From Patescibacteria group bacterium (lineage in GTDB: Bacteria; Patescibacteriota; Patescibacteriia; Patescibacteriales; UBA12075), in the NCBI GenBank assembly GCA_018897195.1, contig JAHILH010000005.1, positions 128,745-192,744 on the forward strand: 64,000 nt of DNA, written 5' to 3'. Below are positions 54,898 to 64,000 of the stretch, piece by piece (within the stretch, counting starts at the first letter, position 1; each line of letters begins with the position of its first letter). The translations under genes were made by a program, and so were the position numbers. A model generated the notes under the pieces. The model was not told where the DNA came from. It worked only from the letters and a program-made list of their open reading frames with translations, and made no database searches.

Positions 54898-55194
54898 TTA
54901 AACTCTGTCCACTTTTCTCGCCGTGAATTTTGCAATTCTTTTTTCAATATCACAATCTGCAAGGCGGAAACAATACTGCCAACTTCTTTTTTGTGCCCCC
55001 GTTGCAGGAATGTCCACAATGATATCCGTATTGCCCGTTGGCAAATACTTCATATAGGTATCGTTCTTGATATGAACGTCAATTGAACGACCTCTTCCCA
55101 TAGCACCATTCGCCTTTATATAGCCTGCTAAAGCCGACCTGATTTTCTTGTAAACCTCATCGGCGGTTATTGCTCGCATAGTATCTTGAATCAT
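54898..55194 (-). CDS. Hypothetical protein
   Basis: AAGGAGG SD, upstream TTGACA..TATAGT promoter-like sequence. Confidence 0.55.
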   Translation of the reverse strand: MIQDTMRAITADEVYKKIRSALAGYIKANGAMGRGRSIDVHIKNDTYMKYLPTGNTDIIVDIPATGAQKRSWQYCFRLADCDIEKRIAKFTARKVDRV

Positions 55195-55320
55195 TTTTCC
55201 CTCCTTATAATTATATTAAAATGAACAACTCACTTAATGCAACTATAGCACAGAAATAAATATTTGTCAATAAGCCGGTCAAAATGATATAATAAGGCTA
55301 TAAATCACTAACAAAATTTT

Positions 55321-56685
55321 ATGGAAATAAACCCAGGTATTTTTAAAGCCTACGACATTCGCGGTATCTATGGAACAGAACTAAGCGAAGAGGTAGCCTA
55401 TCGTCTTGGCAAAGCCTATGTAGAATTACGTCGTGAAGATGGTCTTCAGAATGATTTACAAATTGTTGTCGGTGAAGATATGCGCCTATCTTCACCCCAA
55501 TTAAAAGAATCCCTAATCAAAGGTCTTACGGAAGCTGGTGCTAATGTCATCGACATCGGTCTTGCCTCAACTCCGACATTTTATTTTGCCGTGGCCAATT
55601 ATAATTACGATGGCGGTATTATTGTTTCTGCATCTCATAATCCAGGCGAATACAATGGTTTCAAAATAACCCGCTCCAAAGCTATTCCCGTTAGCGGCGA
55701 AACTGGCATGATGATTTTACGCGACAAAGTCATTGCTAACAATTTCACACCCAGTGACAAAATTGGCCAGGTTATCAAAAAGGACAATGTGCTTCAAGAT
55801 CAAATCGCGCATGACCTACAATTCGGTAATCTACAAAATATCAAACCGATTAAAATCGCCATCGACACTGCTAATAGCATGGGCGCTCAATATTTAGACG
55901 AATTATTCAAACATTTGCCTTGCGAGTTAATAAAAATGAACTGGGAGCTCGACGGCACCTTCCCGGCGCACGAAGCCGACCCGCTTAAAGAAGAAAATTT
56001 AGAAGATTTAAAAAAGAAAGTTCTTGAGACAAGCTCTGATTTCGGCATCACCACTGACGGCGACGGCGACCGCATTTTCTTTGTTGATAACGAAGGCCAA
56101 GCCATCGACCAAGCTATCATCCGTGGCATTCTCTCGATGATTTTTCTTAAAGAAAAACCTGGCTCCAAGATTTGCTACGACATTCGTCCAGGCAAAATCA
56201 CTCAAGACCTAATTGAAGAAAATGGCGGCATCCCGATTGTTACGCGCGTTGGTCATTCTCTCATCAAAGAACAAACATTAAAAGAAGGCGCTTACTTCGC
56301 TGGCGAATCCAGCGGCCACTTCTTCCTCAATATGCCGATTGGCTGTTTTGAAGTTCCTGTCATTGTTACTCTTAAATTATTAGAATACTTTTCTCAAAGT
56401 GGCCAAACCGTCGCCGAGACTGTCAAACCCTTCAAGAGATATTTTCATTCAGGTGAGATCAACTCCGTGGTTGCTGACAAAGATATTGTCATCGCTACTC
56501 TCATCGCCAAATATCCCGATGGTCAACTCAACCGCCTTGATGGCATTACCATAGAATACCCTGATTTCTGGTTCAATGTCCGTGGCTCTAATACTGAACC
56601 AAAATTACGCCTAAATCTTGAAGCTAGAACCAAAGAAATCATGGAAGTTAGACGAGATGAGGTATTAGGCATAATTCGCGCCTAA
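55321..56685 (+). CDS. Phosphomannomutase/phosphoglucomutase
   Basis: FKAYDIRG, SASHNP, DGDGDR, GESSGH, RGSNTEP. Confidence 0.95.
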   Translation: MEINPGIFKAYDIRGIYGTELSEEVAYRLGKAYVELRREDGLQNDLQIVVGEDMRLSSPQLKESLIKGLTEAGANVIDIGLASTPTFYFAVANYNYDGGIIVSASHNPGEYNGFKITRSKAIPVSGETGMMILRDKVIANNFTPSDKIGQVIKKDNVLQDQIAHDLQFGNLQNIKPIKIAIDTANSMGAQYLDELFKHLPCELIKMNWELDGTFPAHEADPLKEENLEDLKKKVLETSSDFGITTDGDGDRIFFVDNEGQAIDQAIIRGILSMIFLKEKPGSKICYDIRPGKITQDLIEENGGIPIVTRVGHSLIKEQTLKEGAYFAGESSGHFFLNMPIGCFEVPVIVTLKLLEYFSQSGQTVAETVKPFKRYFHSGEINSVVADKDIVIATLIAKYPDGQLNRLDGITIEYPDFWFNVRGSNTEPKLRLNLEARTKEIMEVRRDEVLGIIRA

Positions 56686-56694
56686 TAACTCATT

Positions 56695-56844
56695 CTCCCT
56701 CGCCCCGCCAGGAGAGGGTTAACGTAATCCTCGTCCAACTAATAATAAAGGGGACGGGGTGAGGGAGCATTATTAAAGACATTTCCGCTTATTTTCATCA
56801 CCCGTTCTACCTCACCCCAGCCCTCTCCTACAAAGGAGAGGGAG
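56695..56844. repeat. Family A palindromes (one interrupted copy and one intact copy)
   Basis: CTCCCTCGCCCCGCCAGGAGAGGG...GGGGTGAGGGAG and CCTCACCCCAGCCCTCTCC..GGAGAGGGAG. Confidence 0.75.
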
Positions 56845-56892
56845 TTAATAGTTACCTCTTGACATTTTCTGGGAATAGTACATAATACTGAT

Positions 56893-57033
56893 AAGGAATT
56901 GTTTTTCGCCTAAAAAAAGGCCCTCCCTCAGCCACCATTCTTCGGGCGACTCAAAGTCTCAAAAATTCAATTCCCCACCCTGGGAGGTATCTCACGAAGC
57001 TATGCTTTGTGAGATACCTCCCTCCCTTTTTTT
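56893..57033 (+). ncRNA. Candidate small RNA
   Basis: TTGACA promoter at 56859, closed stem GGAATTG/CAATTCC, long terminator hairpin, no ORF. Confidence 0.45.
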
Positions 57034-57102
57034 AAAAAATACATTTATACAAAAAAACTCGTCCTGGATATTTAGGACGAGTTTTTTAATTTGAAATAAT
57101 TT

Positions 57103-58086
57103 TTACATTCCCAAAACTTTCTTCGCTCGCGCCAAAACCTCCTGCGCCATCGGCCGCACCTTCGCCGCTCCTTCATCCAAAACTCGACGCACTTCTTCGT
57201 CGCTAATCTGATTATATTTTTCTTGAAAACTAATTAAGAAATTTTTCACCACTTCGGCTAAGTCTTTCTTAAACGGTCCGTAATTCATGCCTGCATATTT
57301 CTTTTCCAAGCTAGCAATCGTCTCGCCGGTCAAGGAAGAATAAATCGTCAACAAATTAGCAATTCCCGGCTTCTGCTCGACATTATAAACAACTTCCGCG
57401 CCCGAGTCTGTGGTTGCCTTCATAATTTTCTTTGCTGCCTTCTCCGGACTATCAAGCAGGGCAATATAACCAGCTTCACTCTCCGCACTCTTACTCATTT
57501 TCTTTTCCGGATTATCTAAAGCCATAATGCGTGCACCCTCCTTACGAATAAGCGCTTGTGGCACCACGAATGTTTGCTCAAAATGATGATTAAAGCGTCG
57601 CGCCAAATCACGCGCTAATTCCACGTGTTGCAACTGATCATCGCCCACTGGCACAATTTCTGTGTTATACAAAATTATATCCGCTGCCATTAAAACTGGG
57701 TAATCAAACAAACCAACACTCACATTCTCCTGGTTCTCGCCTGCCTTATCCTTAAACTGCGTCATCTTATTCATGTCACTCATGCGTGCCGCCGTACAAT
57801 TCAATATCCAAGCCAATTCAGTATGCTCTGTCATCGTTGATTGCTGAAAAATTGTCGCCTTTTTTGGATCAATTCCAAAGGCTAAATAAATCTTCGCGAT
57901 TTCAATAATCCGTCGTCGCAACAACTCCGGCTTTTGCATCACCGTAATCGCATGATAATCGACCACACAAAAAACCGCCTCATACTCATCCTGCATTGGC
58001 ACCCACTGCGAAATCGCCCCAATATAATTACCAATATGCAAATCACCACTCGGCTTGATGCCGGAAAATATTCTTTTTTTAGACAT
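57103..58086 (-). CDS. trpS: Tryptophan-tRNA ligase
   Basis: SGIKPSG.LHIGNY, YPVLMAADI, VPVG.DQ.QH, KMSKS. Confidence 0.97.
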   Translation of the reverse strand: MSKKRIFSGIKPSGDLHIGNYIGAISQWVPMQDEYEAVFCVVDYHAITVMQKPELLRRRIIEIAKIYLAFGIDPKKATIFQQSTMTEHTELAWILNCTAARMSDMNKMTQFKDKAGENQENVSVGLFDYPVLMAADIILYNTEIVPVGDDQLQHVELARDLARRFNHHFEQTFVVPQALIRKEGARIMALDNPEKKMSKSAESEAGYIALLDSPEKAAKKIMKATTDSGAEVVYNVEQKPGIANLLTIYSSLTGETIASLEKKYAGMNYGPFKKDLAEVVKNFLISFQEKYNQISDEEVRRVLDEGAAKVRPMAQEVLARAKKVLGM

Positions 58087-58277
58087 ATATTCAAAAATTA
58101 CTTTTTAACCTAATATTATTATATAATACCCCCTCCCAGAACACAAGTATTGACATTTTGGCGAAAGTATGACACAATATCAGTATAATTCTCGTTTTCG
58201 TGTGAAAAAGAGAAAAAAAATTACAAATTGCCCTTTATAAATACTAAATATCTAAATAACTCAAGGAGGAGTAATAG

Positions 58278-58745
58278 ATGACCATAAACAAATCAGTCCT
58301 CGTAAGGGCATATTTTATCAACTATTCCATCAAACTGCTTTTTCTGCTGATTGCACTTTGCTGTATAGCCATGTTATTCTGGATGACCTTAAACCGCCAC
58401 GAGATTCCAGCTTCAGTCATCTTTCAGTCCGATACTGCAATTGCCGATTTGGCCAACAATATTGTCAATCAAAGTTTTAATAACTTTATAGTTGTTATTT
58501 TGACAATGTCTGCAATTCACTGTCTTCTTAAAAACAAGGAGTCATTAATTATGGAAGTACAATGTCTTTGTGGTCAGAAGTTCACGCTCGTGATAAATAC
58601 AAGCGCCAATTACGGTCTTGGTCAAAACTTTAATTGTCCAGAATGCACAACACCTTACTGGTTTGATGAACAAACAAGAAGAATTATTCTTTTACAAGAA
58701 CCAGACCCAGCATATTTTGAAAAAATAGTCCGCACAAAAAATTAA
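58278..58745 (+). CDS. Hypothetical membrane protein with Zn ribbon
   Basis: AGGAGG SD; two TM segments; CLCG...CPEC. Confidence 0.6.
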   Translation: MTINKSVLVRAYFINYSIKLLFLLIALCCIAMLFWMTLNRHEIPASVIFQSDTAIADLANNIVNQSFNNFIVVILTMSAIHCLLKNKESLIMEVQCLCGQKFTLVINTSANYGLGQNFNCPECTTPYWFDEQTRRIILLQEPDPAYFEKIVRTKN

Positions 58746-58835
58746 CCCCTAATCCAAAACATTTCAAGCCGCGATCGATAAGACGCGGCTTTTTCTTTTC
58801 TTGACTTTTCCTTTATTAAGTAACAAAATATAAAT

Positions 58836-59657
58836 ATGTTTAATTTCCTACACACCTTCAATCCCAATCCAATTCTAATTGAACTCGGCCCAATCAAAAT
58901 CCATTGGTACGGCTTATTTATTGTTCTTGGAATCTTATCGGCTCTATATATCATTATCAAATTAGCCGACTATTACAAAATTAACAAAGACGACATTATT
59001 GATATCTCCTTTTGGATAATTATTTTTGGAATTTTAGGCGGAAGAGCATATGATGTTTTATTAGAATGGCCATACTATCTAGGACACCCAGCTAATATTA
59101 TAAAAATATGGCAAGGCGGTCTTGCTATTCACGGCGCCATCATCGCTGGTCTTGCTGCCACTATTTATCTCACTAAAAAAAAATCCATTCCCCTTCTACC
59201 CTTTTTAGCCATCATCACCCCTGGTCTCGCCCTCGCCCAAGCTATTGGTCGTTGGGGTAATTATTTTAACCAAGAACTTTTCGGTTTACCAACCAAGCTG
59301 CCCTGGGGCATCCCAATCGATTTTATCCATCGTGTTCCCGATTATTACTATGACAATTTTTTTCATCCTACTTTCCTCTACGAGAGTCTTGGAAATTTAA
59401 TGATTTTTTTAATCTTAATCAGTCTGCATTATTTAGTCAGAAAAAATAAAATAAAAACTACGGCTGAAGAAATAATTATTGCCACTTATTTAATTTTATA
59501 CTCCATTTTACGCTTTTCTCTAGAATTCATCAAAATTGACCAAACTCCAATAATATTTAGCCTAAGATTCCCGCAAATTATCAGTATTGCTATTGTAATA
59601 AGCTCTATAATATGGCTAGTCTTGCAAAAATCAAAGAAACATGCTACGATAGAATAG
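58836..59657 (+). CDS. lgt: Prolipoprotein diacylglyceryl transferase
   Basis: HWYG, IWQGGLAIHG, QAIGRWGNYFNQE.FG, HPTFLYES. Confidence 0.96.
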   Translation: MFNFLHTFNPNPILIELGPIKIHWYGLFIVLGILSALYIIIKLADYYKINKDDIIDISFWIIIFGILGGRAYDVLLEWPYYLGHPANIIKIWQGGLAIHGAIIAGLAATIYLTKKKSIPLLPFLAIITPGLALAQAIGRWGNYFNQELFGLPTKLPWGIPIDFIHRVPDYYYDNFFHPTFLYESLGNLMIFLILISLHYLVRKNKIKTTAEEIIIATYLILYSILRFSLEFIKIDQTPIIFSLRFPQIISIAIVISSIIWLVLQKSKKHATIE

Positions 59658-59748
59658 CTCTCGCACCATAGGTGTTGTAATTTATCTTAAACAACACCCA
59701 CGCGATTTAATTAATAAAAAAGGACTTTCTAGTCCACATTTAAAATAA

Positions 59749-60018
59749 ATGCCAAATCTAAAATCAGCAATCAAGGAATTGAGAAAAAGTAAATCAAGAG
59801 GTCATAGAAACCAACTTGTTAAGGATGATCTTAAAACTCAAATAAAAAAAACTAGAAAATTAATCGTCGGAAAAGACAAGACAGTTGAAGAAGTTGTAAA
59901 AGCAACTTTAAAAACAATTGATAAAGCTGCTCAAAAAGGCGTAATCAAGAAAAATGCTCGCGACCGAAAGAAATCTAGACTGCAATTAATGCTAAACGCA
60001 TCAAAGAAAACAAAATAA
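59749..60018 (+). CDS. rpsT: 30S ribosomal protein S20
   Basis: MPN.KSA.K, IDKAAQKGVI.KN...R.KSRL. Confidence 0.93.
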   Translation: MPNLKSAIKELRKSKSRGHRNQLVKDDLKTQIKKTRKLIVGKDKTVEEVVKATLKTIDKAAQKGVIKKNARDRKKSRLQLMLNASKKTK

Positions 60019-60076
60019 CTCAGATATAAAAAAATCGCCCTGGTTAACTACCAGGGCGATTTTTTTTATTGCACTT

Positions 60077-60297
60077 GTCATTCCCGCGAAGGCGGGAATC
60101 CAGGCGCCACAATTATTGGATTTATAATTATAGAGACTAATTTTGATACAAACATTAATAATAAATAATGCTTTGTAAATTTAAGTTAAGGAATTTGAAT
60201 TCCCAACTATATAAAAAGTTATAAGCTTTTATATAATTCTCCTTATACTGAAAACAATCTACGAGGTGCCTGGATCCCCGCCTTCGCGGGGATGACG
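60077..60297. repeat. Family B inverted palindrome pair
   Basis: GTCATTCCCGCGAAGGCGGGAATCCAGG (60077-60104) and CCTGGATCCCCGCCTTCGCGGGGATGACG (60269-60297). Confidence 0.85.
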
Positions 60298-60310
60298 ATG
60301 GAAAAAATAT

Positions 60311-61282
60311 CTATATCTTCGCCATAAACAAACTAATCATATTCCCCAAGTCCCCCTGTCCCGTCTTGAATAAATAATCCATCTCCACCAATTTCAAATA
60401 AATATCTTTTAATGTGTCCAAGTTAAAATTCCGCACCTGCGCCGACGCTTTTTGCACCACAAAGGGATGCAATTTCAAATCACCAATAATCTGACGAGAG
60501 CTATGACCAGAATCCAGGGCCTGCCTCACCTGCATCAATATTTTGAATTGTCGCGCAATCATATGAATTAATAAATGCTCCGCCACGCCTGCTTCGATTT
60601 CTTTTTCAAACAATTCCAGGGCCAAACTTTTATTTTTATTACTAATCGCGTCCGTCATCGCAAAAATATTTTCATCCACGACGCCCCGCGACATTAGCTC
60701 AATATCTTTTAATTCAATTACAGTCTCTCCTTTTTCTTTCAAACTTTTTTTGTAGTTAACTAGCTTCTCAATTTCTGAGCTCAACTGCCAGAGATTGCTA
60801 GCAAACAAAGAAGATAAATGTGTCGCCACTTGCAAGGTAATTTGCGCCCCTTTTTTTTCCACCTCCTTTTTTACCCAGGTCGTTGCCTCTGTATTCGACA
60901 CTGGCAAAAAATGTTGCACAAACTTTTGCGTACTCAAAAATTTAAATAATTTGTTCGCCTTTTGTTTTTCACCAGAAACAGCATCCCAAAAAATTATAAT
61001 ATTATCATTACTCTCTTTTTGATTCTGTAAATATTCCGTCAACTCCTCAATAAAAGTTTTATTCTTATTTGCAAGAATATTTTCCACAACCACCATGCGC
61101 TTGCGCACAAAAAGAGACTGCGACGCCATCGCCTCATTAATTCGTCCCAAGTCAATTACAGTACCATCGAGCACGCTTAAATTTTCGCCAGTTGGATCAA
61201 CCTCGCGAATGAATTTATCCTTCAATTCTTGTAATTTTTGTCGGCTCAAATAAGTATTTTCACCGTATATAAATAATATCAT
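60311..61282 (-). CDS. holA: DNA polymerase III subunit delta
   Basis: IYGEN.Y, SLF, L..EIEKL, IF..TDAI, LHPFV..K, D...KTG; convergent with rpsT. Confidence 0.9.
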   Translation of the reverse strand: MILFIYGENTYLSRQKLQELKDKFIREVDPTGENLSVLDGTVIDLGRINEAMASQSLFVRKRMVVVENILANKNKTFIEELTEYLQNQKESNDNIIIFWDAVSGEKQKANKLFKFLSTQKFVQHFLPVSNTEATTWVKKEVEKKGAQITLQVATHLSSLFASNLWQLSSEIEKLVNYKKSLKEKGETVIELKDIELMSRGVVDENIFAMTDAISNKNKSLALELFEKEIEAGVAEHLLIHMIARQFKILMQVRQALDSGHSSRQIIGDLKLHPFVVQKASAQVRNFNLDTLKDIYLKLVEMDYLFKTGQGDLGNMISLFMAKI

Positions 61283-61288
61283 ACTGTT

Positions 61289-62512
61289 TTATTTCCCAAT
61301 TTCACACTCAGCCTTATTATCCAACAAACGAAAGGCAGGCCAAAGACCGGTAAATAATGCTACAAAAAGAATTAAGAAAACCGTCTTGACTGGATAATAT
61401 TGTAACACTACCACCGAAATTAAAGCAAAAGCAATATAAGCCGTTGCCATTGAAGTCCTAAAAAGGTCAATCTTGGCCACATCATTGCCACAGATTCGTT
61501 TATAAAAATAAGAATCGCGCAAAACTTCAAGCATTGAAATGCCCACCCTTGTCATTAATAATGCCGCTCCCCACACATATACACTGGATGAGTCCAAAAA
61601 ATAAATATAAGCAACCGAAAATCCCGTAATCAATAAAGAAAAAATAATCAATTCCTTTTCTCCTAAATATTTATCTGCCAAACGCCCAACTGGATATTGT
61701 AATAACAAAAAAGGCAAAAGCATAAAGGTAAACATATTTCCCAAATCAGCATCACTAAATCCAATTGAATTCAAATATATTGGCGTATAAATAATCATCG
61801 TCGCGTAGAAAAAATCCACCAAGAAAGCGATATAATAAATCCGTTTTAAGTTTTTGTGTCGAAAAAAGGCATGAATAATTTGTCGCGCTGACAAACGACG
61901 TTCATCATTGCCCTTAACTCCTCGTAACCAAATTAAATCAACAACAAAAATTAGTAAATCAATAGCCAGGACAGTGATAAAAATACCATAAAAACCATGA
62001 ACCACTTTAATAGACATCGCCAATTTTGGTCCAAGTATAAACCCTAAACTAAAAATTGCCAAAAATAAGCCGCGAATTCGTCCTGACATCCGGTCAACTG
62101 AAAAAGTTTCCAAAAGCACATCCAAATTTACTCGAGCAATATTACCAACAATCAAATACAAAACCAAAAGAATCGAGCCGATGAAGGTAACCGGTAAATT
62201 TATCAAAATGATGGCAAAAATAATTTTCGCAATCAAAAAAACAAACAAGGCGTTCGATTGGCCAATTTTATTAATAATCTTATGCAGGTTAAACAGAAGA
62301 ACAAAAATCGCTACATCAATAAATAAGTAATAAACACTGACATTATTATTCTTCAAAACCGCTTGAAAATAAAAAGAAACATTGTAAGATAAAATTGATG
62401 ACACAAAACCGAATAAAAAAGAAGAAAGCGTGACTATCCACACTTTTTTCCTATTTAAATGCTCGTTATGGTTTAAATTATTTACAGATTTTAACATAAA
62501 AATACTTATCAT
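61289..62512 (-). CDS. MFS transporter
   Basis: About 12 TM segments, GRIRG, GRLADKYLGEK. Confidence 0.85.
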   Translation of the reverse strand: MISIFMLKSVNNLNHNEHLNRKKVWIVTLSSFLFGFVSSILSYNVSFYFQAVLKNNNVSVYYLFIDVAIFVLLFNLHKIINKIGQSNALFVFLIAKIIFAIILINLPVTFIGSILLVLYLIVGNIARVNLDVLLETFSVDRMSGRIRGLFLAIFSLGFILGPKLAMSIKVVHGFYGIFITVLAIDLLIFVVDLIWLRGVKGNDERRLSARQIIHAFFRHKNLKRIYYIAFLVDFFYATMIIYTPIYLNSIGFSDADLGNMFTFMLLPFLLLQYPVGRLADKYLGEKELIIFSLLITGFSVAYIYFLDSSSVYVWGAALLMTRVGISMLEVLRDSYFYKRICGNDVAKIDLFRTSMATAYIAFALISVVVLQYYPVKTVFLILFVALFTGLWPAFRLLDNKAECEIGK

Positions 62513-62608
62513 GAGAATGACTCATTATTATACTAACTTAATTAAAACAATATATCAATACGGAAATTTTATCAAATTTCTACAAAAACACTGGACTTTT
62601 ACTGCGTT

Positions 62609-64000
62609 TTACTGCCAAGCACAACATGCTAATGGTTTTTGGACTGAACAATTTGTCAACCACCCTTCACCACCGCTATTCTTATCAAAACTCCAGAATG
62701 AACCAAGGTCCGTCTCAGCACTACTCTTCCAACCACCACAATCATTTGAATTAGCTGTATACCCAGGAGGACCTTGTGAAATCCATGCACTACCTTCACT
62801 CCAACTAGAAATATTACCGCGTTCTATTGTAAGCATAATATCATAAGTGCGACACAAGTGCGCCCCAATAAATTCCGCTGCACAAATATCATTAGCTGCT
62901 ACATAACCAGTTAAAGTTGAGGTGGCAAAACTACCATCCGTCACCGCCGTTGTAGTGCCTACAAAAAATGATTTAGTTCCTTCTCCAGAAATACCGAGCG
63001 ATGATGTTGAAATATATTCAAACTCACCTGCCACATTACCGATTAATAATTGACCTGCTGTAGGCGGCGTACTTGTACCAGTACCACCATGCGCAATATC
63101 AATTGTCTTGCCCAGCCACTCGCCAGCCAAAACTTGTCCCACATTATTCACAATAAACTGTGCTCCGCTCGCAACACCAACAGTCAAAAGATTGCTAGGC
63201 GAAGATGTGCCGATTCCAACATAACCGTTAACATCCAATGTCATACGTGAAATGCCATTCGTATTAAATCCAATTTGATTCACAGTGCCAAAATCAACAT
63301 AATTATTACTATCACTTCCAATTCGACCGCTGGCGCCAAGATAAACAGCACTAGCTAATCCAAAAGTTGGATTGCCACTAACACCATCGCCATTAATAAC
63401 AACAATTTGATTAGCAGTTCCCGTGGCAATTCTACCAGTATAAACGCCATTTGCAGTGCGCACCATCAAACCACTAGTCGCAAAATCCGTATCAGCCAAC
63501 CAAGTGTTGGTATTAACAGTATTATAAGTATTTTGCCAATTGGTTGAACTGGCGTTGATAATATTATATGCGCTAGTCCAATTCGATGAACTCGCGTTGA
63601 CTGTGTTTGTAGTTGTATTCCAAATTGAACTAGACGCGATGTAGGTATTGGTCAGTGCCGAGCCATTCCAAGTGCCGGCAGTGACGACACCAGTGCTTGA
63701 GACTAAGAATTGCGCGCCAGTATTTGCACCGATGGTTAACATTTGTGATGCAGTGGTTGTACCAATCGCTAAACCAGTTGAATTTAATTGCATCTTTTCT
63801 ACTCCGCCAATATTAAATCTTAGTGATAATCCGTCTAACACAGTGCGACCGTTGGTGTTGCCGAAAGTGTTGATGCCGTATTCGGTTGGGTCAGAGCTAG
63901 TTTTGGAGTTAATAATGGCAATTTGTTGTTTAGTTTCATTACTTGCATAAGTGTAAATTTGACCACCATTGACTACAGCCGTTGTTTTAGTACCGTCGAC
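62609..64000 (-). CDS. C-terminal end of a large Ser/Thr/Gly/Asn-rich surface or fibre-like protein (starts beyond the window)
   Basis: Open frame to the window edge; repeated (V)GIGT.SP...LT.G and GGTG motifs; Cys-rich terminal domain. Confidence 0.7.
   Translation of the reverse strand, partial: VDGTKTTAVVNGGQIYTYASNETKQQIAIINSKTSSDPTEYGINTFGNTNGRTVLDGLSLRFNIGGVEKMQLNSTGLAIGTTTASQMLTIGANTGAQFLVSSTGVVTAGTWNGSALTNTYIASSSIWNTTTNTVNASSSNWTSAYNIINASSTNWQNTYNTVNTNTWLADTDFATSGLMVRTANGVYTGRIATGTANQIVVINGDGVSGNPTFGLASAVYLGASGRIGSDSNNYVDFGTVNQIGFNTNGISRMTLDVNGYVGIGTSSPSNLLTVGVASGAQFIVNNVGQVLAGEWLGKTIDIAHGGTGTSTPPTAGQLLIGNVAGEFEYISTSSLGISGEGTKSFFVGTTTAVTDGSFATSTLTGYVAANDICAAEFIGAHLCRTYDIMLTIERGNISSWSEGSAWISQGPPGYTANSNDCGGWKSSAETDLGSFWSFDKNSGGEGWLTNCSVQKPLACCAWQ

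Overview
AT-rich bacterial chromosomal segment whose gene content and order (rpmF-nusB-rnc, yebC-ruvC, rpsT/holA, pilB/pilT, archaeal-type PGI/PMI, GH57, Elp3, mostly Shine-Dalgarno-less core genes) suggest a Patescibacteria/CPR genome (inference). It carries about 55 CDSs, five tRNAs (Lys-CTT, Met/Ile2-CAT, Arg-TCG, Val-TAC, Leu-GAG) and a 23S-5S rRNA unit with its own promoter but no linked 16S. No CRISPR array, transposase or prophage is evident. Main leads: (1) an Elp3 plus Trm9/ALKBH8-like pair suggesting a eukaryote/archaea-style mcm5U34 wobble pathway, with the Trm9-like gene beside tRNA-Arg(UCG); (2) a ~208-nt rod-shaped 6S-like RNA upstream of rny; (3) tandem uORF-terminator attenuators ahead of an MFS transporter; (4) two further unannotated structured RNA candidates; (5) a translin/TRAX-phosphoesterase-AMMECR1 run behind a double-ATPase PilB; (6) an atypical two-GlgA/GH57/kinase/PHP glucan cluster; (7) three families of REP-like palindromes, one inserted in frame inside a helicase-nuclease gene. 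All calls were made by eye from motifs and base pairing; no searches were run.
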